Origin: Azolla caroliniana
Lineage: Eukaryota > Plantae > Polypodiophyta
DNA length: 64,000 bases
Assembly: GCA_043228905.1 (NCBI GenBank)
Contig: JBHGNT010000012.1
Location: forward strand, 12,710,001 to 12,774,000
Reading direction: 5' to 3'
Made by a program: the position numbers and the translations under genes. The notes under the pieces are model-generated. The model was not told where the DNA came from and searched no databases. It worked only from the letters and a program-made list of their open reading frames with translations. Of this stretch, positions 35,386 to 48,400 are shown piece by piece. How positions within the stretch are numbered: the stretch's first letter is position 1; every line of letters begins with the position of its first letter.

Positions 35386-38300
35386 TGTCGTGCCTTTCAG
35401 CTCCGGATCGTTGCGTGAGTCGGGCGGGAACCACTGAGGTTTTGGACTAGGAGAAAAGGAAATTCTAAGGCAATTAAGAATATGACGTATATTGTAAGAA
35501 AGAAAGATATGGAAAACTCGTGAATCCCACGAGTATAATGTATTAGTGAGTACTCAGATTAAGAGAGAAAAGTAGTTAGCAAATTTATGAATCTCATGAA
35601 TATATTATATTAATCAACCCTTGTAAACTAATCAACAACCCTATACATCTTTCTCTCTTCCTTATATAGTGTTGGAAGAGTCTAAGTTTATCACATGCAA
35701 GCATCATGCTTTTCCTAACTTTAGTTTTCGTGCACACTGCATGTACATTGTTAACTTTCTATCCCATCTTTTCTTTTAACTCGAGTGTATATGCATGAAT
35801 AACTTTTTGTACCATGCATATCTAGAATATTTACATGGGATAAAGTTTAGTATAACTTTAAAATTCATAGTATGCTCGTATAGTGGTAAGGCTGGGGTTT
35901 GTCTACGTGGAGGTATAGGGTTCAAATCCTGCCCTATGAACATAATAAATATTTTTAATATTTTATTTATTATTTATTATACGTACTCTAAATCGGATAT
36001 AGTGTTTTACATATTTCACGCAGTGTGTGATTCACACTACGACACTCGCCCCCTCCGAACCCGCACATCCTCCGGTATGTGCCGAAGTCCCCGATGCTTG
36101 CTATTCACCTTCATCTGAAGATTCCTCTGATTCTCCCCTTATGTCGACAATGAGTTGTAATCCACTTTCTTCGCTTTCTGCATCACCGCGATCTTCGTCC
36201 GATTGCTCCTCCTTGTTGGTCTTATCTAGGATCACATAGGGTTCGTCATCAGTCCGCTTTTTGAAAATCTTCACCCGTTTCCCAGCTATAGGCACTCGTA
36301 GTATCGTTCCATCCAACTCGCATAGTCGGTAAGTTCCGTTGGCGAAAACTTTCCGAATGTCGTATGGCCCGAACCACCTTTTTGCGAACTTCCGCATCGT
36401 TGTATGGTGATGATCCAAACTACTGTCGTAGACAATCACCCAATCTCCTTCCTCAATCTTTCGCGGTCGTAGTTGGTGCTTTGTGTCGAACCGGTTTTTA
36501 TTTAGGAATCACGCTTCTTGTTGTCGGCGTATTTCTTCCGCTATGTCTTCCAGTCTTCCCTCTAGTTGTCGTATCCAGACCGCTAGTAGTTCTTCCCGGC
36601 TCATCTCTTCCTTCCACGGTACCACTTTCCCGATCAACAAGTTTCTCCCTCGTATTCTTCTTCCCGGAATTCTCGGATTACATTCACCCGCCATATGCGC
36701 TCTGAGTAGTCTTCGGAAACTTCTTCATTATCGGATTCGGTTATGTCATCTCCGAACCGCGCCCTTGATAGCATATCTGCTACCGCGTTGTATTTTCCGT
36801 AGATGTGTCGTACCTCCGGATTAAGTGACTGAACATATGCAATTCCACCTTAGCATAGCCACATCCGGTATCGTGCAACACCGCATCATCCCGAGTATCG
36901 GAAGACAATCCGTTTCGATCACTACTTCGGGTCAGATCAAATAATCTCGATCCGATTTGATTGTTGGCACGACTCCCCATAATTCTCTTTTGACTTGTAC
37001 TTATCCGCATTTCCTTTCGTTGAGAACCTTTGCTCCGAATCGGATCGGATATCGCGAACCATCCGAGTCGGCTTGATTGATTACCCATCCGATTCCGGTT
37101 GGACTTGTGTCAACCGTTACTATGATTGGTCGGTCATAGTTCGACTTCTTTAGTGCTTTTGCCCTCCGTAGAGATTTCTTGAGCTTCTTCACGGCTTTGG
37201 TATGCTCCGGTTTCCATTCGAACTTCTTCCCCTTCCGCAACAAGTGATAAAGCAGGTCCGCAATATGTGCGTAGTGCGGAATCCATATGTGGTAGAACGC
37301 ACATGCTCCAAGAAACCTTCGAACTTCGGATTGTGACTCACATACTTCTTTCATAGCTTGAATCGCATCGATCTTGGTTGGTGACGGTCTTCGGCCTTAG
37401 GGCCCACATAGATGTCTGACTACCAATATTTCTTCTCGTCCGAATGCCGATTTCTCTCCGGAAAGTGTTAGATGCACATCTTCTAACTTCCGTAACACTT
37501 TCTCACAATCACGGATATGGTTGACTACGAACCTTTGGCATCCCTGTTCATCCATAGCTTCATCTTTTTCTTCCACCGCAAACCCTTTCATCGGAATGTC
37601 ATCTAGGAATGGCATCGTTATCTCCGATATGCAATCCTGGAGCACCTTGTTCATCGCATTCATCATATGTGCGACTAAGTTCGTCGCGCCTTGTGGTAGC
37701 GTACACATCCGGACCAATCCTATCGGTGTCTGCATGGTAGTGATGTCTCGGCTCTCCACAACTAGTTGGAATTGGTCATATCCGGAGTATAGGTCTCCGA
37801 TGGAGTATATCGCGCGACCGGCAAATGCTTCCGCAAATTCGTCCACTATTGGACCGACTCCGGAGTTCCGGATCGTGACCTTGTTTACTGGTTGCAAATC
37901 TTGAATAGATCGGAGTGACCCATTCTTCTTCGGAACCGTAAACCATCGATTTGAGTACGGAGCATTTGATGGCTCTAGAATCCCCATCGCCACCTTCTCC
38001 TTGAGCAAGTCGATGATTTTTGGAATATGCGCCCGTGGCACCAAAATCGGCTTTAGGTTCCACGACACATGGTCAATCGTGAAGATCACCATCGGCTCCA
38101 CTATCTTCGGGTCAGCGCATCCTATTTCTTTCGATGTAAATGCAAATGCTCTCTCATGTCGCTCTAGCATCCCACGAAATCGTTCTTCTTCATTCTTTAA
38201 TAGGAACCCACCTCCACCGATCCGAAGTTTCTTCCGGGTCTCATCCGTGAAGGCATGTCCGATATCCATGGACTTCCGAAGTGTTGGATCCCCTGAGACA

Positions 38301-41300
38301 TCTTTCCTCTTTTGTTCACTTTCTACGGGTAACGGTCCCGCGGCCGGTTTCACTTTCTTCTCCACGGTCTTGTATTTCGTACTTACCATTGCTTCTTCTT
38401 TGCGAAGCGCATCCGGCCCCATTTTCACAATGATCTCGTACATCTCGACCGACTCCACCGGAATTACCCGGTTTCCCTGGCTTGTATCTTCTGCGAGCTC
38501 TTCAAGCCGTTGTAGTGTGTTCCCATAGAACACCTCTTCGACTATGCCCACGATTTCTTCGTCTTCTTTTATTATTGATACTGACCGTAACTTATCCTCC
38601 ACTTTTCGGTATTCTTTCTTCATTCCTCCGGTTATGGCCGTGTATGTGGATGCCCCATCTGGACCGATTCATACTTGTTTTGCATCGAGAGGTTTCTTCC
38701 TGTGTGGGGTATCAGGGCTTCTCGGACTATCACTTCCCCACTCCGCAACAGTCCGCTCTAAAAATCCATTCTTGTTTGGGACAAGAGCTCTCTCTTGTTC
38801 CTTTCATGATTTGCCGGAACCATTAGGAATTGGACGGATTTCCCTCCGTTTTGGCTCCGAATTCGCGCAAAAGCCGCACCGCTATAGAGCACCTTCGTCT
38901 CCATCTGTGGTGCCATGATAAAAGGTTGCCCGAGGATCACGGAGTGTGAGACCTCGTCTTGTACGAAAAAATTTTGGTCGATCTCGACATCCCCGATCTT
39001 CACCGTCACACCCGAACAAGCCGCAAATAGATCTTCTGTTGCTTTAGTGGCTGCCCGGATCTTCCACCCATGATTCGTGTTAATAGGCCACTTACCCTTC
39101 CGGTAGAATTCCTTGGACATCAAGTTGATCTCCGATCCGTGATCAATCAATGCTAGCACAGGTTCTTTGATGTTACCGATTCGGACTGGAGTCTCCGTAG
39201 TTGCGCATGCCCAGTGTGGCTTTGTGTAGTGAGAATTCGGTACTTCGTCCTCCAATTCGGTGTCATTCATTTGAACGGTATTTGCATTCACCCTTGGAGC
39301 GTTCCCCTCCGTACTTTGCCTTTTTCTCTTCACGAGATCCACAAGAAGATCGTGGAACTCCTTCTTCGCTATTCCGAGTAATTCTCAAAGCGAAAAATCT
39401 GCCCGGCTATCGAGGATTCTCTCCTCGAACACCTTTTTCAAGTCCGTTTGTTGTTCGATGTCCGAGGCGAGCTTGAATGCTGGAATCATCTCTTCTTTTC
39501 CCTTACCTCCGGAGTTCCTACTTTCTGGTGTCTTCGATGGACCGGCTGCCTCATCCGTGCGTCGTCGCTTCTCATCTACATACACTTCATGCAATTGGCA
39601 TAAAGCAAACACGCTATTCTTATCGACGGGGCACTCCCATCCCGTAGCTTCCCGAATGCCTTCCGCGGTACTTCGGATCTCATTAGAGTCGGTTTTCTCG
39701 GTGTTTTCTAGCACTTCTGGCCAAAAAGACACCTTTGCTCCCGATGACTCCCCGACACGTATTCCCTCGATTGTCGCGTAATTGTTCTTTGCCGTTATTT
39801 CCTCCTCTAGGACCTTCTTTTTGCCGCCTTTTCGGAAGTTCGGTCGGAGCAGCTTCCGAGAGTCCATCGAATGAATCCGATTTCCCTCATAGTAGATAAG
39901 ATCCTGTTGTAGCGCTTCCTTGTGCTCATCGCAATCCCTCCGATCATGTTCGGTGCTATTGCACCATATGCACCGACGGTCCATATACTTGGAACTTGTG
40001 GGACGGTCATCTGACTTCTTCACCATCACGATTTTTAGATTCTCCATCTCCTTCAGCAACTGCTCCACCGTAGTTGCGTCGATTCCCTTCTCAGTCGTAG
40101 CTTCCCGAGCCCGCGGTTGATGGTCTTCCGATCCGTATCTCGGTTTCGAAATTGGTTCCGAAACCCTTTTTTCTTCGTTGGCAAGCCATTAACCCCTCTT
40201 TGTGTATCGCGCAACGATATCCCGCACGCTTTCCCATGTTTCGGTGAGGCCGCTCTCGGTAGTCGTGTCCTCTAGAAGCACTCCAAGATCCTTCCGGTCC
40301 TGGACGTCTACGGCTCGTAAGAACATGATAACTTTGTCCGGTGCGAGGATAGCTTGATCTCTTGCAGACAACCTCCCGAACCGACTTTCGAATGCCGAAA
40401 ACACATCGAGGACCTTCATACCCTTGTATGGCGTTTCCACCCAAACCTCGAATCCTCTCCGCGTTGCCTTGGAGGAGTCCTCGATAGTGAACGTGGTCTT
40501 TAGCGCCTCTTCAAACACTTCCCATGTCGGATTTTGTTGTCGTAGCCCGTGGATACTTGCTTGAAGCCCGTCGGTAGCCACCTGGTTCAAGGATGCCAAT
40601 TGCAGTCCTTCCGAGATCTCGCACCGTAGCATTTCCGCCTTGTAGTCCCGAAGATAGCGTGATATGTCCTTTCCCTTGAATTGCCTGGTCCGTTGCACGA
40701 GCCGCTCCACTGCCGCCGCTATCTCCGACATCGCACGTTGTTCCTGAAGCATCCGCTCGAACAGCATCATCATGTTGTTAGCCTCTGGTTGATTTTCCAT
40801 CTCCTTGCCACCCGTGTTCACGTCAGGTTCACCACTTGTGTCGTGCCTTACGGCTCCGGATCGTTGCGTGAGTTGGGTGGGAACCGCTGAGGTTTTGGAC
40901 TAGGAGGAAAGAAAATTCTAAGGCAATTAAGAATATGAAATATATTGTAAGAAAGAAAGATATGAAAAACTCGTGAATCCCACGAGTATAGTGTATTAGT
41001 GAGTACTCAAATTAAGAGAGAAAAATAATTAGCAAACTCGTGAATCCCACGATTATATTATATTAATCCCCTTGTAAAATAATCAACAACCTCTATACAT
41101 CTTTCTCTCTTCCTTATATAGTGTTGGAAGAGTCTAAGTTTATCCCATGCAACCATCATGCTTTTTCTATCTTTAGTTTTCATGCACACTGCATGTGCAT
41201 GATTAGCTTTCTATCTCATCTTTTCTTTTTAACTCGAGTGTCTATGCATGAATAACTTTTGTACCATGCATGTCTAGAAATTTTACATGGAATAAAGTTT

Positions 41301-41729
41301 AGTATAACTTTAAAATTCATAATACTCTACTATAATGATAAGGCTTAACATTATTAACATGGAGGTGCAAGGTTTGAATATTGCCCTATGCATGTAATAT
41401 ATATATATTTTATATTTTCTTCTATTTACAAATATATCTCTTCATCCTGTGAGACTCTCCCCGGCCTTCTTCATCCGGCTCTTTCCGGTTCTGCTTCATC
41501 CGGTGCTTGATAGTTTTCTTTGTCCGGTTCTTACCGGGACCTCCTTACCAATCTCTTCGTCCGTTTCTCACCGACTGTCACCGGCCTTCTTCATCCGGCT
41601 CTTGTCGGGTCTCCTTGCCGGTTTCGGTCCTTACCGGTTCCTTCTTCCGGTTCTCACCGGTACTCCATGTCCTATCCGGAGAGACCAAAAATGTAATTTT
41701 TCACGTAGTGTATGAATTATACTATGACA
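35386..41729 (-). mobile_element. Non-chromoviral gypsy element C (chimeric after inversion): LTR type 1 at 35386-36044, LTR type 2 at 40839-41729
   Basis: PBS-Trp; gag 40821-39385; PR ALIDHGSEINLM; RT DLYSGYDQ..LPQGATN..PFLDD (37397-38623); RH; integrase core deleted at about 36630; PPT 36045-36056. Confidence 0.9.
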
Positions 41730-43121
41730 GCGTAGTGTGACTTTTGACGCCTTCCTGCGTCTCTTCTGCTTGATCCCGCTTTGTCCGAATCGGCTTTGTT
41801 TTTCCATCACTCGCTCTCCTTTTGGCCTTTCTTGCCACAGTACCAGCATTCTGTCACGGCCTTCTCTTGCCAGCTTCCGGCGCCGCCATGACTCCCCCTA
41901 CTTCCAGAGGGTTCGGAATTGTTCCCGAGATTTCGATTATGCCGTCCATGCTGCTCTTTCTGGCCGCCTCCATTATGCGCTGATTTGCCTCATCCGCCAA
42001 GACCATGGAGACCACGGAGCCTATCTCCCTCTGTGTACAACATCTTGCCGTCGGTGTGTGTACTCGTTGATGCACCTGCGTGATTTTCCTCTACGAGCAA
42101 CATTGACTCAAGCTCGAAGAACGAAGGCGTATTCTCCCTTGTACAGACCGCCGTTCGGAACGCTCCGAACTTTGACGCTAACCCACCAAGACAAACCTAC
42201 ACCATTTCATCTTTCTCGACATTGACGTTGACAGAGGTGACAGAGTCGCAGATTTCTTTGATCTTGGAGGTGTAATCCGCTATCGACATATCTCATTGTC
42301 GAACATTGCTCAACTCTTGCCTGAGTTGAAGTTTCCTGGCAGTGGTGCTAGTGGCAAAAATCTTCGTGAGATTTGCCCATGCGTCCTTTGGCTTCTTGGC
42401 ATCCCGAATATGGCTCAATAGTTTGTCGCTCACACAGGACGCAAAGCAGTAGAGAACTCTCCTTGCCGGTTGTTCCCAAGACGAAAAATCCGTGTGTGTC
42501 GATTCGGGTAGTGTATCATTATCTCCTTCGACATAACTCCACTAGCCATGACCAAGCAGGTTCTACTGCATCTTGTACGACCAAGATGCGTAGTTGCTCC
42601 TGTCGAGCTTCCCATTCCTCTATCAACGTTGCTGTCTTATCTTTTCCGAAAAACAAGACCATGTCTCTGTCGCAAACTTTTCTGTTAGCTACAGAGGACT
42701 TCAACCCTCGCGCTCTGATACCATATAAAAGAATACGTGTGGAGAAGCGTATGCGAAACACAGAGTACACAGTTCGGAGAACAACAATATAATAAAACAC
42801 AAAAAATGCAGAGATGGAGGGGGAAAGGGAGAGACAAAGACAAAGAGAGCAGACAACTCAGTTCTATTTCAAAATAATGACACTTTGTACATATTTCGTG
42901 CTTAGTGACCACTTCTTATACACGCCCTTAAATCAGGATGACACAAGTATTGATAGTACTTGACTGCTCATAAATGAGCCTACTACACTTACTCCCAAAA
43001 CTATTCCTTATGAGGAATATCATTCTTACGTCTTCTCGGTGTCCGTACCGTTATGGCCATGTTGTGCGTAACGGTTTTACGCACCAAATTACACACCGAA
43101 TCTGGAGCTTGTGTCTCAACA
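41730..43121 (-). mobile_element. Ty1/copia element 5' part: LTR about 43121-42726, PBS-iMet, decayed gag
   Basis: TGTTGAGAC start; TGGTATCAGAGCG at 42723-42711; gag GKLDRSNYASWSYKM. Confidence 0.85.
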
Positions 43122-45306
43122 CTTATTGGTGCAACGCCAGGTACAATATCTATACGATGGTCTATATTACGTTTAGGAGGTAACCAATCTGGTAGTTCGC
43201 TCGGAAAAACATCACGAAAATCATTTAAGATTTCATCAAATTGTTGTTGTTCAAAATATGTTAATTGAACTGAAACATTATCGATATTGTAAACGTGAAT
43301 GTCCGGATCAAGTAGAACAAGACAACTCGGATATTGATGGAGAGGAAACAATCGAGAGGGATTGTTTTTTTACACATTGAGTAAAATGAGTGCAATGGTT
43401 TAGTACAAAAGTTATTGAATGATGAACCCAATCAACACATAAAGAACAGTTTTTATTATAGAACTAGGGATAATCCAGTATTACATCAGTGGTACAAAGA
43501 TTCATTACATGGAAGTCTACTTCCTCTATATAAGTATCAATAGAAATTCCTAATGAATGAATCACCCCATTGATGTATTGTACTCTTCCATCAGCCAAGT
43601 GCATCCTATAGGTGTGATCACTTACGGTGGGTTGGATTCCCCATATCTAAACCAAACGATCATTCACAAAGTTGTGTGAGCTTCCTTAATCAAACAAAAA
43701 TTGTATGGGAGATCCATTGATATACCCGTTTGCACGGAGTAAATCATTGGGGCCCAATACATAGTGAGGGAAAGAACATTGACAATTACTTAGATGATGT
43801 GTATAGACCTCAAGGACATTAGGAATCTAACCTTTATGGTCTTCAACTTTAGCTTTGCTATCGTGCTCTTTCCGTTGGAGCTTTTGACATTGCTCTTTTG
43901 TATGACCCTTCTTTTTGCAGAATACGCAAAAACGATGTTGTCGCTTACAATAGTGATCCATGAATTCGTTGGGTGTCTTGCGTTTCCCAACGAATTGCGA
44001 CTGATTAGTCCCGGGCGCTTCGTTGGGTTTGTTGTGATCCTTCTTCGAAGTGTGTTGATAGGGAAGAACTATCTCAACGGCCTCTTCGAAGGATTTTGGA
44101 TCCTTATCATGCACTATCCAGTGATAGTCCGAATTGGGGATGCCATTAACAAGTTATTAACCAATTGTCCCCTTCCAGACCCGATTTTTGGATTTGGGTT
44201 CTAGCATGGTGGACATAGTCTTCTAACGAAGAAAATTTCCTGCTAGAGAGGTTCATTAAAGCTTGAGCTGTGTCAGTTCGAGAGGGAGGTTGAAGAAATT
44301 GGCCCTTAAAAACTGTGACAAAATTTCCTCAATGTTCAGAGCGCATGCCACCAAGCGGCGGCCGTACCCCCTAATTCTCGGTTGACATATGCAATCTTTG
44401 AACTATCTAGCATGGGATAGAGCTCAAAATAAGACTCCCATCGGCCCAGTCACGTGCAGATTGCTTCTTCAGTTCTTTCCTTTTTTTTCTTTCCTTGAGT
44501 TCCTTCCACTTGAGCAGATGACATCAGGTCGTTATTCTGAGCCATTGAATGAATACTTCTGGAAAAGAAATAGGATAAGGTTAGAACAATAGTCATAACA
44601 TCATGTCGTGATGTAAACATATCATGGGCAAACATTAATCGATATCATGATCTCATGTCAATACCCCTCTAGACGTATGAGATGAGGTTGAAGATCAGGT
44701 TACTATGGTAACACAAAGGTGTTCTAAAAACCATGGGGGTGACAAACAATGTCTTTCCCTGATCTCTAGATCGATTGTTCATGGCGGCTCCCCGAGGCTC
44801 AACCATGAATGTGACGTGTCATGCATAGTTTATACACAAAAAAAAAGTTAACAATAAACTATGTTTCGGTGCCCACACATGTGCTTTCGGCTCTTTAAGT
44901 CCTATTACAATGGCCCCGAAGTGCACTTAGACCTCAAGTCTAAACATGTGTTATAGTCATATATGTGTTGTAACAATGTTGTATGCTCTTGGTCATATTT
45001 GAACTCGAGACCTCGAGAACAAATGTATTAAACACTTGAGCCACCAAGTAGGTTGCTCCTCTTGAATGTTTAATATTTAATGCGTATAAGAGATATGTGA
45101 AGCATTTGCCCATATATGTTCCGTTTAAAGGAAACATATATGTCAAGAGTCCTTATTTCCCCCTCATTTACTACAGACTTTGTTGGTACGTTACCTAACC
45201 TCAAGTCTCGTAATTACGATGCAATACGCCAAAGTGCAACGTAATGGTCAAGCCAAATGAGCCCTCTTTTCGTAGTAGACTCACGTGGCCCATCACATGG
45301 TTACTA
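43122..45306 (-). mobile_element. Continuation of D4 (UTR-gag-PR), now inverted
   Basis: Its reverse complement continues the D UTR from the point interrupted at 35385 (..taatgac|gtaaccatgtgatggg). Confidence 0.85.
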
Positions 45307-45399
45307 TGTCGTAGTGTGAATCACACACTATGTGAAATATGTAAAACACTATATTATCCGATTTAGAGTACATATAAAAAATAATAAATAAAATATTTA

Positions 45400-45476
45400 T
45401 TACGTGCATAGGGCAGGATTCGAACCTTGTACCTCCACGTAGACAAACCCCAACCTTACCACTATACTAGCATACT
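45400..45476 (-). ncRNA. tRNA-derived Pol III A/B-box cassette in LTR U3 (best-preserved copy, tRNA-Asp-like)
   Basis: TAGTATAGTGGTAAG (A box 45469-45459), TTGTCTACG, GGTTCGAATCC (B box 45426-45416), then T-runs; does not fold into a full cloverleaf. Confidence 0.6.
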
Positions 45477-48400
45477 ATGAAATTTAAAGTTATACTAAAC
45501 TTTATTTGATGTAAATATTCTAGATATGCATAGTACAAAAGTTATTCATGCATACACACTTGAGTTAAAAGAAAAGATGGGATAGAAAGCTAATCATGCA
45601 CATGCAGTGTGCATGAAAACTAAAGTTAGGAAAAGCATGATGCTTGCATGTGATAAACTTAGACTCTTCCAACACTATATAAGGAAGAGCGAAAGATGTA
45701 TAGGGTTGTTGATTATTTTACAAGGGTTGATTAATATAATATATTCGTGGGATTCACAAATTTGGTAACTACTTTTCTCTCTTAATCTGAGTACTCACTA
45801 GTTTTTCATATCTTCTTTCTTACAATATATGTCATATTCTTAATTGCCTTAGAATTTCCTTTTCTCCTAGTCCAAAACCTCAGTGGTTCCCACCCGACTC
45901 ACGCGACGATCCGGAGCCGAAAGGCACGACACAAGTGGTGAACCCGACTTGAAACACGGGTGGCAAGGAGATGGAAAATCAACCGGAGGCTAACAACATG
46001 ATGATGATGTTCAAGCGGATGCTTCAAGAAAAACGTGCGATGTCGGAGATAGTGGCGGCAGTAGAGCGGCTCGTGCAACGGATCGAGAATTCAACGGAAA
46101 GGACGTATCACAGTATCTTCGGGACTACAAGGAGGAAATGATACGGTGCGGGATTTCGGAAGGACTGCAAGTGACATCCTTCAACCGGGTGGCTTCCGAC
46201 GGGCTTCAAGCAAGTATCCATGGGCTACAACAACAAAATCCAACGTGGGAAGTGTTTGAAGAGGCGCTAAAGACCACGTTCGCTATCGAGGACTCCTCCA
46301 AGGCAACACGGAGAGGATTTGAGGATTGGGTGGAAACGCCGGAGAAGGGGATGAAGGTCCTCGATGTGTTTTCGGCATTCAAAAGTCGGTTCGGGAGGTT
46401 GTCTGTGAGAGATCAAGCTATCCTCACACCAGACAAAGTTATCATGTTCTTACGAGCCGTAGACGTCCGGTACCGGAAGGATCTTGGAGTGCTTCTAGAG
46501 GACACGACTACTGACAGTAGCCTCACCGAAACATGGGAAAGCATGCAGGATATTGTCGCGCGATACACAAAGAGGCGCGATACACAAAGAGGGGGCAATG
46601 GCTTGCCAACGAAGAAAAGAGGGTTTCGGAACCGATTCTGAAACCGAGATCTGGATCGGAAGACCATCAACCGCGGGCTCGGGAGACTACGACCAAGAAG
46701 GGAATCGACGCAACCACGGTGGAGCAATTGCTGAAGAAGATGGAGAATCTGAAAATCGTGATGGTGAAGAAGACGGAAGACCATCCCACAAGCTCCAAGT
46801 ATGTGGACCGTCGGTGCATATGGTGTGATAGCACCGAACATGATCGGAGGGATTGCGACGAGCACAAGGAGGCGTTACGACGGGATCTTATCTACTACGA
46901 GGGAAATCGGATCCATTCGATGGACTCTCGGAAGCCACTCCGACCGAACTTCCGTAAAGGCGGCATGAAAAGCAATCATGCGACAACTGAGGGAATAGGT
47001 GTCGGCGAGTCATCAGGAGCAAAGGTGTCTTTTTGGCTAGATGTGCTAGAAAACCCTGAGAAGACTGACTCCAATGAGATCCTAAGGGCCGTGGAATGTA
47101 TATGGGAAGCTACGGGATGGGAGTGCCCCGTAGATAAGAATAGCGTACATGCGTTATGTCAATTGCATGAAGTGTATGTAGACGAGAAACGACGGTGCAT
47201 GGATGATTCGGCTAGACCATCGAGTACACCTGAAAGTTGGAACTCCGGAGGGAAGGGAAAAGAAAAGACGATTCCGGCATTCAAGCTCACCTCGGACATC
47301 GAACAACAAATGAACTTGAAAAAGGTGTTCGAAGATCGAATCCTCGATAGCCGGGTAGAATTTTCGCTTCAGGAATTACTCGAAATAGCGAAGAAGGAGT
47401 TCCATGATCTTCTTGTGGATCTCGTAAAGAGAAAAAGAAAAAGTACGAAGGAGAACAATCCAAGGGTAAATGCAAACACGGTTTTAATGAATGACACCGA
47501 AGCGGAGGACGAAATTCCGAACTCCCACTACACAAGGTCACACTGGGCACGTGCAACTACGGAGACTCCAGTTCGAATCGGTTACATCAAAGAGCCCATG
47601 CTAGCATTGATTGATCATGGATCGGAGATCAATTTGATGTCCAAGGAGTTCTACCGGAAGGGGAAGTGGCCTATAAACACTAACCATGGATGGAAGATCC
47701 GGGCAGCCACTAAAGCAACGGAAGATCTATTTGTGGCTTGTCCGGATGTGACGGTGAAGATCGGGGATGTTGAGATCGACCAAAATTTCTTTGTACAAGA
47801 CGAGGCAACCATCTATCACGACATCACGGATGGAGACGAAGGTGCTCGATATCGGTGCGGCTTTCGCACGAATTCGGAGCCAAAGCGGAGGGAAATCCGT
47901 CCAATTCCTAATTGTGGTAGCAAATCATGAAAGGAACAAGAGAGAGCTCTTGTCCCAAACAAGGATGGATTTTTAGAGCGGACTGTTGCAGAGTGGGGAA
48001 GTGATAGTCCGAGAAGCCCTGATACCCCACACAGGAAGAAAACTCTCAGAGCAAAACAAGTACGAATCGGTCGGGATGGGGCATCTACGTACATGACCGT
48101 AACCGGAGGAAAGAAGAAAGAATACCGAAAAGTAGAGGATAAGTTGCGGTCGGCATCAATAATAAAAGAAGACGAAGAAATCGTGGGGGTAGTCGAAGAA
48201 GTGTTCTATGGGAGCACGCTACAACGGCTTGAAGAACTCACGGAAGATACAAGCTAGGGAAATCGGGTAATTCCGGTGGAATCGGTTGAGATGTACGAGA
48301 TCATTGCGAAAATGGGGCTGGATGTACTCAGCAAAAAAGAAGCAATGGTAAGTATGAAATACAAGACCGTGGAGAAGAAAGTGAAACCGGCCACGAGACC

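Noticed and set aside
45400-45476. Functional tRNA genes in the LTRs
   Set aside because: Acceptor, anticodon and T stems do not pair properly; only the A/B boxes and their spacing are tRNA-like.
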